From: Lingula anatina
Taxonomy: Eukaryota; Animalia; Brachiopoda
Length of the DNA stretch: 64,000 nucleotides
Assembly: GCA_051362555.1 (NCBI GenBank)
Contig: CM120647.1
Span: forward strand, 5,456,001 to 5,520,000
Reading direction: 5' to 3'
Below, in pieces: positions 25,789-37,605 of the stretch (position 1 is the stretch's first letter; each line of letters opens with the position of its first letter). The position numbers were made by a program, and so were the translations under genes. The notes below the pieces were generated by a model that saw only the letters and a program-made list of their open reading frames with translations, did not search any database and was not told where the DNA came from.

Positions 25789-27417
25789 CGGATGTTTAAA
25801 AAAACTTTAGTTTTAGCTAGCATGCATTAAAAAAATGTCTTTACTCATTCAATACACGCTTTTTTGATGCCTTACCATATATCTGGTCACTTTGGCTACC
25901 TCGGTACATTTCACCATACTCACATTATTAAACAAACGAGAAATTCACCTATTAACTGTTTGCGTAATAAGTAGGAATTCACTACTAATTTGCGCTGTAC
26001 CTTCTTCAGTTGTCCGCCATCAGTTCCTACAAAAGCCACAGTGTAACTGGTGGTGGTTGTGGTGGCTACTACTGTCCATGTGGACAACGATGTTGTCAGA
26101 GCAGGGGTTGATGTCGCCGGGGTGGTTGACACTAGGGGCGTGTTAATACCACCATAGTCATGGGTGCAATAGTTTGACCCGTGGTTATATGACTAGGGAT
26201 ATAAAATTAGTAAATATTAAATGCATGGCGAATGGCAAAAATATATTGTTTACGGACATCCCACTAATACAGTATTCACATCATATCAGATTAATTGTAA
26301 AACTGTGGTCGAAATAAATAAAAAGTAAACCTACGGGTAAAGAAGCACATGCTCGTGAACCTCCTGGAAAATGTGCAGCCTCGGTATTTCCATTTCCACT
26401 GTAACAATGCTCGTATTTATATTTTACTATACTGTTAATACCCTCCATTGAAAATAGACACATAGCAGTATTAGATCCTTTGACAAAGACACCCACTAGT
26501 ACATGAGCATTTCCAAGTTTGGTTATTGATACGGATTTTGCAAGGTTATACGACACGCTAGGATTGGACCCTGTGCAATGCAAAGGCATTTCGAAATACG
26601 AGTAGTAGTCGGCATCATTCTGGCAAATTCGAACTAATCTGGATTCATATTCTGTGCTGCTAATTGTTGTCTTTTGGTTCGTGATGACATAACTATAACC
26701 ATTTAAAGAGAACCCAGAAATGTAATTTACTAGATAAGTACTTCGCACACTGTCAGAGAGGGTTATGTACGTTCCCGTAATGGACAGTGCGTTGTAGTTT
26801 CTCAGTTCGAGCGTTTGAAGAGATCTGCTACAAACAGCTGCCACCTGCTCCCGAAGCATACCACTCTCATCCTGACCAGTATACGTAGAAGCCACATATA
26901 ACACGTCCTGGTAGTTGGGTCCCGGTGCTATAAAGGCCACTGTGGAAGCATCAGGAGAATTGGCGGCAACGTAATTTTCTAAAGGGTCAGAGCCACGATG
27001 CAGAGTAACCTGCGATATATCAGTGACTGGTCGAGACTCACAAGTACCTTGGTACACGCTGCCACAAGATATCAGTTTACCCCTAGACTGGTCTACTACT
27101 AGGATTTTGTTGTAATTGTCTGTGAGCGTCCCCTGTGAGCAGGAAAAAGGAGGTGGACTACAGTATGGACTATCCGTGACTGGTCCAGTCGTTACGTTCT
27201 GTAACAGTTGTAAGTCACCATCAAGTCGATAGAGAACATTAACAGCTCCAACGTATACAGTCCCAGTGGCGTTATCAACCGCCATGTTGTTGAACTCTAC
27301 TGCTGTCTGTCCACTTGGAAAATAACTGACAACTGTGGAGGTGAAGGCTATATCGCAGGGATGGAATACAGCGGAGAGGAACAGAAATGTCGCAAATCCC
27401 GTTGCCGTTTGATGCAT
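14220..27417 (-). CDS. Plexin-ectodomain / Met-like receptor tyrosine kinase (Sema-PSI-TIG-PSI-TIG-PSI-IPTx4-TM-TK), complete copy, 26 coding exons, ~1603 aa
   Basis: Exons read by eye, all GT-AG with matching phases: 26335-27417, 26001-26192, 25572-25694, 25149-25249, 24714-24840, 24134-24278, 23697-23793, 23337-23451, 22972-23103, 22576-22668, 22216-22315, 21538-21698, 21095-21243, 20617-20731, 20027-20175, 19423-19599, 19144-19240, 18637-18930, 17995-18135, 17313-17676, 16988-17071, 16515-16699, 16144-16253, 15593-15755, 14933-15069, 14220-14397 (sum 4812 nt). Sema motifs: [63 protein letters not shown] motifs: [34 protein letters not shown]. IPTs: [34 protein letters not shown]: [23 protein letters not shown]. 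Kinase: [51 protein letters not shown]. Confidence 0.93.
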
Positions 27418-29323
27418 TCTTTATAATAGGTCCTGAAATTATTTTCAAACAGGAACATTCTCGTATATAAAATGATTTTATATGACACAGACACAGAGGA
27501 CGGTGTAATTCGATCCCCATATATATCATATATGTAAAAAGAAAAAAAGTATGCTTTATTGAGCTGTAGACCAAGGTCATTATTAAAGTCCCTACTTACG
27601 GGTATCAAAGCAGTTTACTTTACCCCAATCAGTAGTATTAAGTCATACAATGTACGCAACGTACCAGGATTGATGATCATATTGAGAAATGTAGGGGTGC
27701 ATTTGGAATCATTTTTAAATAACCAATTACTCCAAAGCCTATTTACAAGTGCACTGTTCATATTTTAGTGCAATTAAAAATAATTATACGATGCATTTAA
27801 TACAAGTACAATCCATGCTGATACTTACATGTACACGAAGAACTGGAAGACTATACCAAAGGGTCTTATTCTGCCTTAAGCGAATGCTCCGACTGCTATC
27901 AATTAACAATCAAAAATCACTTCCTGGTTGAAGAGGTTGACTACCGTACGTTGTAACTTGGCCCAAAATAACCTCACTGATGTTGTTATTTTAACAGTGT
28001 ATACAATCAAATGCGAGGTATAAAGTAGGTCATATATGTGTACCTGTGTAAGGATAAGTTGATGTAAATACCTGTGTAAGTTGGGTCGTTTGTACTGTCT
28101 GACCAAGGGGTCTGCTCGTTGTCTGTTACAAAGTTATTGAATCGGATACTCAAAGTTTGTGCATAGTTTGTATTAGATATGTTTGCGCCCTTGTTGCCAC
28201 AGTGTTTGCTAGTAGTCTGTTACAAAGTTATTGAATTGGAGACTTTATTTTTTGTTAACTATTTAAGCGGTCCCTGTTTTATCAGAGCGCAGATTGTTTG
28301 AGTCCTTGTTGATTAGATATTGACTAGATATATTTAATAACTAACTTATTATTTTCCTGTCTTTTAATGCTTATATATTTGATTGTTTGTTTGTTTGTTT
28401 ATTTATTTTTGAAACATATGCTTATTTAGGTCTCTTGACTAATAAAATCAGATCTAATCCGTAAATAAAACATGTCAACGATTTGTAGTACATACTGCTG
28501 TGATTGTTAAACTTAAAATTTAGGAATGCTATCGATTTTACAATTTCGTTATTTCATCATGATCAGCTCCAGTGGAGAAATCAGCCCTTGTGTATTTTTT
28601 TTATGTGAAACCATCACATCATACACTGCGACACGACTTTGGAATTTTTTATTGTTTAAACAGATAAAAAAATCACTTAACGGTTCCCATCCAACTCTCT
28701 TAAAAGTTTAAAGCCAGCCAAATAACTATATCAGCGGGATAAAGATCAGAAAGACCAGTCATTGACTCCGTCATGTTTTATCTCTTTTTAGGGTTCGGAA
28801 AGTTTTATTTATCAATTCTTTAAGGCGTTGGTGAATAATTATCAAACATTCATAAACGCCAACGTCTTCTTAACACAAACCAGTAAAAGCACACAACAGT
28901 TGACCAGCAGGTTACGGTGGACCCCCAGATAATCAGATTTAACCCTCCCCCCCCCGAAACCCCCTACCTCCTCAAGGGACACAGCACATACCCCCCCCCC
29001 CCAATATATCGTTGGAGAAGCCCTATTTCTTTCCCTCAGAACTTTCTCTACGACTTTTCTCTTTATTTTCATCAAATATGTTAAAAGATTCTTCTGGTCT
29101 TTCCAGATTCACCAAAATAAAAACAAGGTCAAGTGACACATGTACTAGTAAGAATGTGGTGTCCTTTGTTTCTCGCTTGATTGTGTTAGTTGCGCTGTGT
29201 GTTGTGACTAGCATTGTGTGGACAGGTGTGGAGACACTGATGCTGGATATTGATAAGTTTTTTTGTTTTTTTACCTATTAAAAATAGAAACATAGCAAGA
29301 AAATAACTGTAAAGACAGCGGTG

Positions 29324-29379
<56 letters not shown>

Positions 29380-30130
29380 GTGTGTACCTGTATGTGTTGA
29401 TGTGCGTGTCACTATCCAAATACACATTGAAGCAGACTAACAACCCGCCTTGGCAAGATTCATATCCACTTTATCACTCTTCTAACTAGTACCGTCAGGT
29501 CATTAGGTCCAAATCCTCTAAACTACAGTTTCATGTGTTTGGAATAGAGCAAAAAAAAAAAAAAAATACAAATTATGCTACTTAGCTGCGCTTAAATGTG
29601 TTCAACCATTCGAATATTTTTCAAATGAAAATAAAACCGACAGGCAAAAGATATTGAAAACATGACGTATATTTAGAAGACCTGGGTGTTTAGATATTTT
29701 GCATTGGTAATGATCAAGAATCTGAACTTATTTTACTCCAAACGAAAAATAATAAGGGGAATTGTCGTTAGCTGGTTGATTATGACTTCTCATCTTTTTT
29801 ACGAAATCTGAAAGACCTCATTTTGCCCACATTATGTTTGAACGGAAAGGGGGGGGGGCGGCTGTCTGTTTGTATAAAAGAGCATGCAAACAGAATAGCA
29901 CTCATATTAGATAACGATTTATACTATTATCTTACATCCACCCTAGCAATCTAACAGCTAAACATGAAAAGAAGATGGACACATAAACAAAGCGATTTAT
30001 TCGCCCCTCAATCGTTGGCACACTCACAATGCACTAATACCCCTGACCCAAATAACTGCTTCACCTACATCAAATGTCCTGTAAAGATATATGCTGGATT
30101 TTTTGATATTTTTCTACCTGTTTCTCCTCC

Positions 30131-30134
<4 letters not shown>

Positions 30135-30188
<54 letters not shown>
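30135..30188. repeat. (TAT)n microsatellite; other simple repeats include (TA)n 7555-7620 and 25735-25786, (TC)n 29326-29376, (GA)n 33842-33870 and poly-T 32785-32836
   Basis: Seen directly in the sequence. Confidence 0.9.
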
Positions 30189-30189
<1 letters not shown>

Positions 30190-31229
30190 TTATAATTATT
30201 ATCTCATCATTGATAAGCTACAGATTCAAAAATACTTTGTTTATTTTGAATTTTTCCGTGGATTTCTATATCGGAGAGGAAGTGGGTGAAAGAAAGACAA
30301 ATGAAAGAAAATAGAAGAGGGGGGAGAAAGAAAGAAAGCGTGAATACAGATATATGGATAGAGGGCAAAACAGGGGAAAATAGCAATTAAGAGAGAAGAG
30401 AGTGTGTATAACAAAAAAATCGAAAAATAAATGTTCAAACCAAAAGAATGAATGAAAGAAAGAAAAATACCAACGCCCTTGATCATCTTATCGCCCCCAC
30501 CACCTCAACAACAAACAAACACGCGTCATTTTAATCACTGCGTGGTCCACGTTGACCTACACCCGAGCAACGTGCACTACCTCAACATAACTACCGGTTG
30601 CTTATGGAGGCCAGGTCACCGAGATTTGTTATCTAAATCTTACACAATTCACGCGTTTCCAAACACGAACTCGGAGGGAAGACTTAACGCAAACAAGGGA
30701 ATGACAGAGACGCTTATATCAGACGCTGTCAACGCTGGTTCGATGTACAGCATTAACAGGAAGACCACGGGAGAGTACGTGCTACAAGCAGGTAAGATAG
30801 ACGCTCGTCATATCTGATGAATGAAGTGGTTTGATGAGGGCTGGGCTTTGATAAAACGACGGAGGTTTCAACGCGTGTTAGTGCATAACACAACTGGGGA
30901 GCTATGGCGTCCGTGATGGTTTTCTAGAATATTTGACGAAATTGAAGCAGAAAATCCGTATATTTGGGGAGTTATAACACACAAATAGTCAGTAACATTA
31001 TTATAATTAAAACGCGAGGGCTAACTCAGATTATTGATAATAGTTTTGACGATTTTACGTTGATATAAATGTAGGAGCATTGCAGCGGTTCACAGAGGCC
31101 ATAAATTTAAACTAAAACAAACACTTTCAGGGTATTTTATTGTGTATCTTGAAAATTCTTTACGAATTTTAACTTGTGGTGAAACAAAGTTAATTCTAAC
31201 CTTTATCAGATTCTCATGTAAGTCTCATG

Positions 31230-31314
31230 TCTTTCGTCTCCAAGCAATTTCCAACACCATGTAAGCTCATATATAACACTTACATGGTATTGGAAATTGC
31301 TTGGAGACGAAAGA
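31230..31314. repeat. Near-perfect 36-bp-stem hairpin with 13-nt loop
   Basis: TCTTTCGTCTCCAAGCAATTTCCAACACCATGTAAG / CTTACATGGTATTGGAAATTGCTTGGAGACGAAAGA, one mismatch. Confidence 0.85.
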
Positions 31315-31702
31315 ACGCTTATTAGCCATCAGAAATATCGGGACATAACTCACGAGGTGAGGACAAGGTGAATAATTACCTCCGTAAAGGAGGAAGGGTA
31401 TCCTTGTTTCCTTACATAACTTCATGAATTTGGTGAAATCGTTATTAGGGAGAAAAAGAACCGACTCTTATTTCAGCTGAACCCGGGCCTCGTCATATTT
31501 CGAATGCAGTTTCTTCCTGCTATCCGGTTTAGTAATTATGCCTTTGCACTATGGAATCTTTTGCGGTGGCGAAATTTGTGCCGTTGTATTACCGACATAT
31601 GAAGTCAGTAGAAACTTTGATAACAGATATGCAAAATATAAATATATAAGCAAACTTATAAAAATATCGGCTTTTGCATGCCATCAAGATAATGACTAGT
31701 GC

Positions 31703-31733
<31 letters not shown>

Positions 31734-32413
31734 GTTCTTTTTTCGTTTTATCTTAAGTAAGGTGTTGTCAAGTTATTCCACGTGTTCACAAGGATAAATA
31801 AATAATTCCATTGTGATTATCAGACATTCAGTTATAACACATGCAATAGGTTTCCCAGCAGGAGTTCCTGATTCTATTTATGGACTTGCACTCAAATAAC
31901 GAAAACGTCCAGTGCTCACAGAAGTGGTGACGACGCAGCGTTTACGTCTTAATATCGCTTGCCCAGAAATAGAGATAAGGCAACACACTGGACATATACA
32001 AACTTAAACACACATCCAGACCTTCACCAAGATATCACAATTCTCATCATCAATTAATCAATCATTTAATTAATAAATGGATCGCCACCACTGACAATGA
32101 TACCAAAGTACGTCCGAAACCTTGTGAGTTGCACAGGCTGACCAACGAAAGCAAAAACATAACGTCCTTGGCAAAGGTCATGAATTATTGATTCTCGACT
32201 AAGTGCAATTGAAATATGTAGCCGAGCCCAACATCTTTATTTTAGGGAAAGGGCTACAAATCACATGCCAGAAACCGAGAAACGGACGTGGATGATCAAA
32301 AATCAGAAAAAAAGCGCGTTCTTTAACACAAACATAAAATGTGCATCACTTATAAAGTGAGGTGATTACACAAAACCGGCATAGTCACGTTGTGTGCTTA
32401 CATGTACATACCC

Positions 32414-32784
32414 CACGTTGCAGACCATGTGTTTTTATTTGATTAAAACATTGACGAGTTTCATAAGCCATTCAAAAACTGCTTAAACAATCTGTATTAA
32501 ATTACTACTTCAATGTTTGTTATTTTCATAAAAGGGGTAAGAGTTGTTTTATTTTAGTATATCATTTAAGAGCAAACAATGGACAATATTGGATTTCTAG
32601 CGTAATGTACATACGGTTCATGATAGGAGTGATTAAGGCTCTTCTTTGTGTTTGATAAAATATTTAACCTTTTGTAATTCAACCAAGAAAAAATATTTAA
32701 TGATAACAATTGCGTTAAGTAAGTGACAGGGTTGGGTCAAGGCCATTCTTATAATTATAAAGCATAAATCACCACCTGAAAACG

Positions 32785-32838
<54 letters not shown>

Positions 32839-32894
32839 AGATTATGAAACGCTTAAATGTTTTACTCAAATAAAAACACATGGTCTGCAACGTG
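32414..32894. mobile_element. MITE-like element with ~50-bp TIRs (CAC...GTG termini)
   Basis: CACGTTGCAGACCATGTGTTTTTATTTGA(T/G)TAAAACATT is inverted at both ends. No TSD recognised. Confidence 0.65.
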
Positions 32895-33838
32895 CGGATT
32901 TCGGATGAAAGTTCAGAACAAATTCTTCTTCTTCTTTATTACACTGGGTGGCGGAAGGAATTAAAGCGTGTCTCCATGATATGCATGTTGCCTTTCAAGC
33001 GTGTGCAATTAATTTATTAATTATTTTTAGTGAAATAAAGATACAATAAAACATTTGACAAAATCACTTATTAAAAATTAAATTCCATCCATATTTTGGA
33101 AATGTGCCATAAATACTGGTATTTTCAGAGAGATCATTCAATCAAATGAATCTAGACCCTTGGTGTTGTGTATATTAAGTCAACGTAAATCTGTTTACTT
33201 CAAGAAACCATTACCGATAAAATGCCCTTGGGTAGATTTTGATGAATTGCAGATCAAATACTATGAAGATGAAATGTGTAAATCTGTGCCGTAATATCGA
33301 CTAATGCTTCAACAACGTTGAAATGCCTGCGTTGTTTAGATAAAAAGAAGAGCCTGAATATGCGACGAAATGGAACGCAAAGGTTCCTTACAGTTGTCTT
33401 TATTTATAGATTATTATTATTATTGTTGTTATTATTATTATTATTATTCATTCATTCATTCATTCATTCATTCCTTTAGTATCTCTTATCTCATTTATCA
33501 TTGGTAGAAATACCTCATAAAGTAGATATGAAGGCCGTTATTCAATAGATACTAATGGAAACGTATTTCGTTCTTGACACGACTGTTTAGACTGTTATAA
33601 CACCTTCTTTAAAATATTAGAAAGAGAAAAGTGATGAGATCGCTATTCTCACACTTGGGCGTTCATATTAAAGAGTCGGCGCCCTCTCAGCGCCAGCCTA
33701 GTGACAGCGTTGAATTCTTAAGCCCCACCAACGCCTACAACTGATAACTGTGTTGACATTCAGGTATTCTGGTCGCCTGCGGACACAGAGATATAGAAAT
33801 GTATGAGGTGCTAGGCAAACAGACCCCTCCTTTACGAT

Positions 33839-33874
<36 letters not shown>

Positions 33875-34583
33875 AGAAGGAATTCATGTTGTGTGTATTT
33901 AGTATGAGAGAGAGAGAGCTACAGAGAGAGGGGGGGGGGTGAGAAGAAAAAGTAAAGGAGAAGAAGAAGGGGCAGATGCTTGGGGAGAGAGAGTTCGGAG
34001 TAGTGCGGAAAAAATGGGGGTGAAACGCACCTTACACCCACCCTTATTTCCAAACAAACAGCAAACCATGACAGATTCAAGCTCATTTTCCATCCCGGTG
34101 TCCTACACACTACAGTAAATTTTATTCCATTTTTTCCTCTCTTTGAACAGAAAGCTGGAAATCAACCACTGTGCCCTTGCATTATGTGAAAACCAAAAGA
34201 TTTTGCATTCTTTCTACTACTGACCAACAGTTACGTGTTTATTTTGTGCAAAATTCTGTCTACATATTCTCCCTGTACACATTAGCGAGAGAAAATATAA
34301 AAATATCTCGTGATACTAGTATTTATAATCTGCATATAGCGACTAAAGAATAATTTGCTAGATTTGATGATTTTGTGATTAATTATGTGGTAAACGGGAG
34401 TCGTCATATTCTAGCTGCGGTATTGATGGTGCGAAAACATCATTAAAGGTGGGAAAGTAAAGCTCTGTTATTGTGACCCTGGAAAAAAGGTGGATCCCCT
34501 CCGTGATATTCTGTACACGTACAGATATTCTAGCATTCACAATTTTATTCTTTATTGCTCTCATTTTATTTTCAGATCCCAAG

Positions 34584-35625
34584 ATGGCGGCTGAGAAAGG
34601 AAACTTCAGTCATAATCCATTTCATATATTCATGATATTCTTCACTGTGTTGTCGTATGCTGCGTCGTGTACATTCAATGCTCTGTCAGTAAGAAGTGGG
34701 CCAGTGTCTAATGGTAAGATTGTCTCTCTCCCATTCTCCCGCTCTTCTTCTTCTTCTTCTTCCTACCTCCAGGGCCGTAGCCTCCGGGGGCAGGGGGGGG
34801 GGGGCAGCTGCCCCCCTAGGATTTGAGGTGCAAAAAAAAAAAATAATAATAATAATAATCGCAAAGGTAAAAAAAATAACTGCAAAGTTGGTATCAATTC
34901 TGTGAGAAAATGCACTCATTGCCACTAGACAATCATTCAACGATCTGTTTACAAAGGTGTAGGGTCTACTGTTTTTGAAAAAATGACTGTACTTATGGCA
35001 AAATGAAAACACAATTTCTGACTTCTGATTGAGCAATAAATAACAGTTAAAATGCACCAGAATGCAGTATTATACATACAGTTTTTAAAAATTTTCCACA
35101 CCGTCGGAGGGGGACACCCCCTGCCACACCCTCCCCCCTCGGGGTCTTCGCCCCCTCTTGTCCGCTTACTGCCCCCCTGGCATTTTGCTCAGGCTACGCC
35201 CCTAACCTCTCTCTTTTATTTTCATTTTTCTTCTCTTTCTTTTTGTTGGTCACTCGCCATTTTTTCCCTCGCGTTATTCCTACCTCCCCAACTCTCTATC
35301 TCTCCCCGTCTTTCCTTCCACCTCCATTTTCTTTTTTATTTCTCCTTCTTCTCTCTCTTTTTCTAGGTCTCATTTTCAGCCTACTCCCTCTCAGTATTAT
35401 TTCATCATTTGTGAAAACAATAGCTGCTTTTTAAAACGCTTCATCAGTTTGGTAAATGATAGTAGTAATAACATTCTTTTGTCAAAGACTGCAAATACGC
35501 TCCATCAGGTATCTCATGTGAGCAATTTTTTTTACCTCCGCCAAGGAGGTTATGTTTTCACCCCTGTTTGTCTGTCTGTCTGTCTGTCCGTCTGTCTGTA
35601 ATCAACATAACTTGTGTTATGGACC

Positions 35626-35666
<41 letters not shown>

Positions 35667-36836
35667 AGTTTGTGACGAAGGGTATTATTGCTACAGTAAC
35701 AGCTGTACCAACATGTCTTTATTTTATCTACATTTCCTTTCAGTATTCTTCGAGCGCAATGACACTTTTCGCCAAAATTATATAAAGTATAAACTGGACA
35801 TCAATCCTGCATTTTATGCTTTTCGTATTTGGTGGCTTATCTATTTCTGGCAGGTAAGCATATGTAATACGTGTGTTATCGATTTTCCTTGAAAAATATT
35901 GTTGAAAAGAACGTGATTATATGATAAAATGAGTGAAGAAAGAAAAATCATAGTTTTTGTTTTGTTATCATGTATGACAGTAATTTTGTTTCAAAATAAT
36001 GCAAGTAGCCATTAGCTGGAATGAAGTGTGATAACATAAATAGATAAATAAATAAATAAATAAATACACATTTTTTTTTCTCTCAGGCAGTTTGGTTGCT
36101 GTACGCTGTCGTCAGCATTTGCCGCAAGGGGCCGGACGGCTACATGTATGTCAAACCTACTCTGGTCCCCTTCGTGACCTACTTCCTCTTTCCCTTTAGC
36201 AACTTGTGCACCATCGCCTGGCTCCTTCTTATAGACAGGGACGCTAGAGAACTCTCCATGATTCCCCTACCCCTTAGCACCTTTGCGCTTTACGTCATCC
36301 TGTGGTTCTCGCACCGCCACCTGGCTGAAACCTCGCAATATCTCGTCGGGATGGGATCTTGTAAAGATGTCTGGATGGTCAAGGTATTTTTCCAGAACGG
36401 TCTGGCGATCTATGCCACTTGGTCATCGATCGCCAACTTGCTTTCCTTTGCCAATGTTCTCGCTTACGGACCGACTATCGGCGTGGTCTCGCCAGAGGTC
36501 TCCGGCTCGGTATCTCTCGGGATTTTGGCGGCGGAAGTGTTGATTTACTTCATATTGGACATCTTCGTCTTTGACAAGCACTTGCGTCACATGTTCATCG
36601 TCTACCCAGTGGTCATTTGGGCAGTCACGGGCATTCTTGTGAACAACTGGGACATTACCAAGCGGAACTGTGTCATCGGCCTCGTTCTGCTGACAGTTGC
36701 CGTGCTGATGTTTCTGTTTAAGATCGGCGTCATCATCCTCCATTACAGAAGAAAGAAGCATTTCCGCAAAAGCTTGGACATGAACAAACGTTATAAGGAT
36801 GCCGTCCCGGAACCGGCAAAAGATACTCAGTTTTAG
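34584..36836 (+). CDS. Multi-pass membrane protein, TspO-like / tryptophan-rich sensory protein-like uncharacterised family, 3 exons, ~329 aa
   Basis: Exons 34584-34713, 35744-35853, 36087-36836, GT-AG and phase-consistent. Many hydrophobic segments. Motifs INPAFYAFRIWWLIYFWQ (family pattern xTPAxxxFxIWxxIYxWQ) and QNGLAIYATWSSIANLL. Confidence 0.82.
34770..35204. mobile_element. G/C-tract-containing MITE with 5-bp TSD, intron 1 of the membrane-protein gene
   Basis: Termini CAGGGCCGTAGCC ... GGCTACGCCCCTA. TSD ACCTC at 34765-34769 and 35205-35209. Confidence 0.75.
35531..35612 (+). mobile_element. Helentron-associated (HINE/DINE-1/pearl-like) non-autonomous element end
   Basis: TTACCTCCGCCAAGGAGGTTATGTTTTC short hairpin followed by a (TCTG)n microsatellite. 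Related relics near 31376 (+) and 32154-32180 (-). Confidence 0.55.
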
Positions 36837-37189
36837 ATAGCCAAGTTTGGGACAAAAAGAGAAAATCATAATGTAATGTTGTATTTTTATATTCCAAAAA
36901 GCAAAAGCTGCATTTTGATGGAAACACTTTTCGCACGCTATGTGCATGTTTACATGCATTTGTATGCTAGGCGGGAAGTTTATATATGTATATACTCCCA
37001 TATGTATAAGTCTCGAGCAATTCAAACAATCAATTATACTAGATCTGTATAGGCCTATTTGTACGCACCTGTCGTAATGATGAGAGAGACGGACCACCCA
37101 TATTGGAACACTGTACACTAGCACGATTTTGTATTGGTATTATTTATACTTTATATGAGGGTAGTCTACCATAACTGTGGGATATACAT

Positions 37190-37605
37190 TATATGTGGTG
37201 GCTAAAAAATACACCTCACTTATTTCAAAGTTCAAGAAATTCAACAGTTGACAGGTCCTTGTATTGAAATTTTGCACAGGTTTTTAAGGCTTTATTTTTG
37301 GTCCACCACGAAATTGTCAAGTGTGAAAACGAAACAGTTTTGATATTATCATCACATCCAAAAACACATTCACAGGTGTCACAACTACCACACTCTGCCC
37401 CCTGTCAGAAGCCGCATAGGTCAGTACGGTATTTCTTTACTTAAGTTTTTTTTTTTAATTTTTGTAGTGCCAAAGCAAGAAAGGTAGATTTATGGAATTA
37501 TTAGCATTTATTAAAGACATCATTTTTCATAATACCGAAATTTAGATGCAAGATATTTATAATTAATAACGTTATTAAACTTTTGAATTTTTGAGCCACC
37601 CGATA
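37190..37605. mobile_element. Tc1/mariner-like non-autonomous relic
   Basis: Imperfect TIR TATATGTGGTGGCTAAAAAA ... TTTTTGAGCCACCCGATA with TA ends. Confidence 0.45.

Noticed and set aside
14220-27417. Calling the receptor simply MET or a plexin
   Set aside because: Three PSI and six IPT domains exclude canonical Met architecture, and the kinase excludes a plexin, so no symbol was assigned.
29964-30817. ORFs of 116 and 121 aa
   Set aside because: One is driven by a (TAT)n microsatellite; neither has a recognisable domain or a supported splice partner.
36423-37124. 233-aa minus-strand ORF
   Set aside because: Antisense shadow of the membrane-protein exon.
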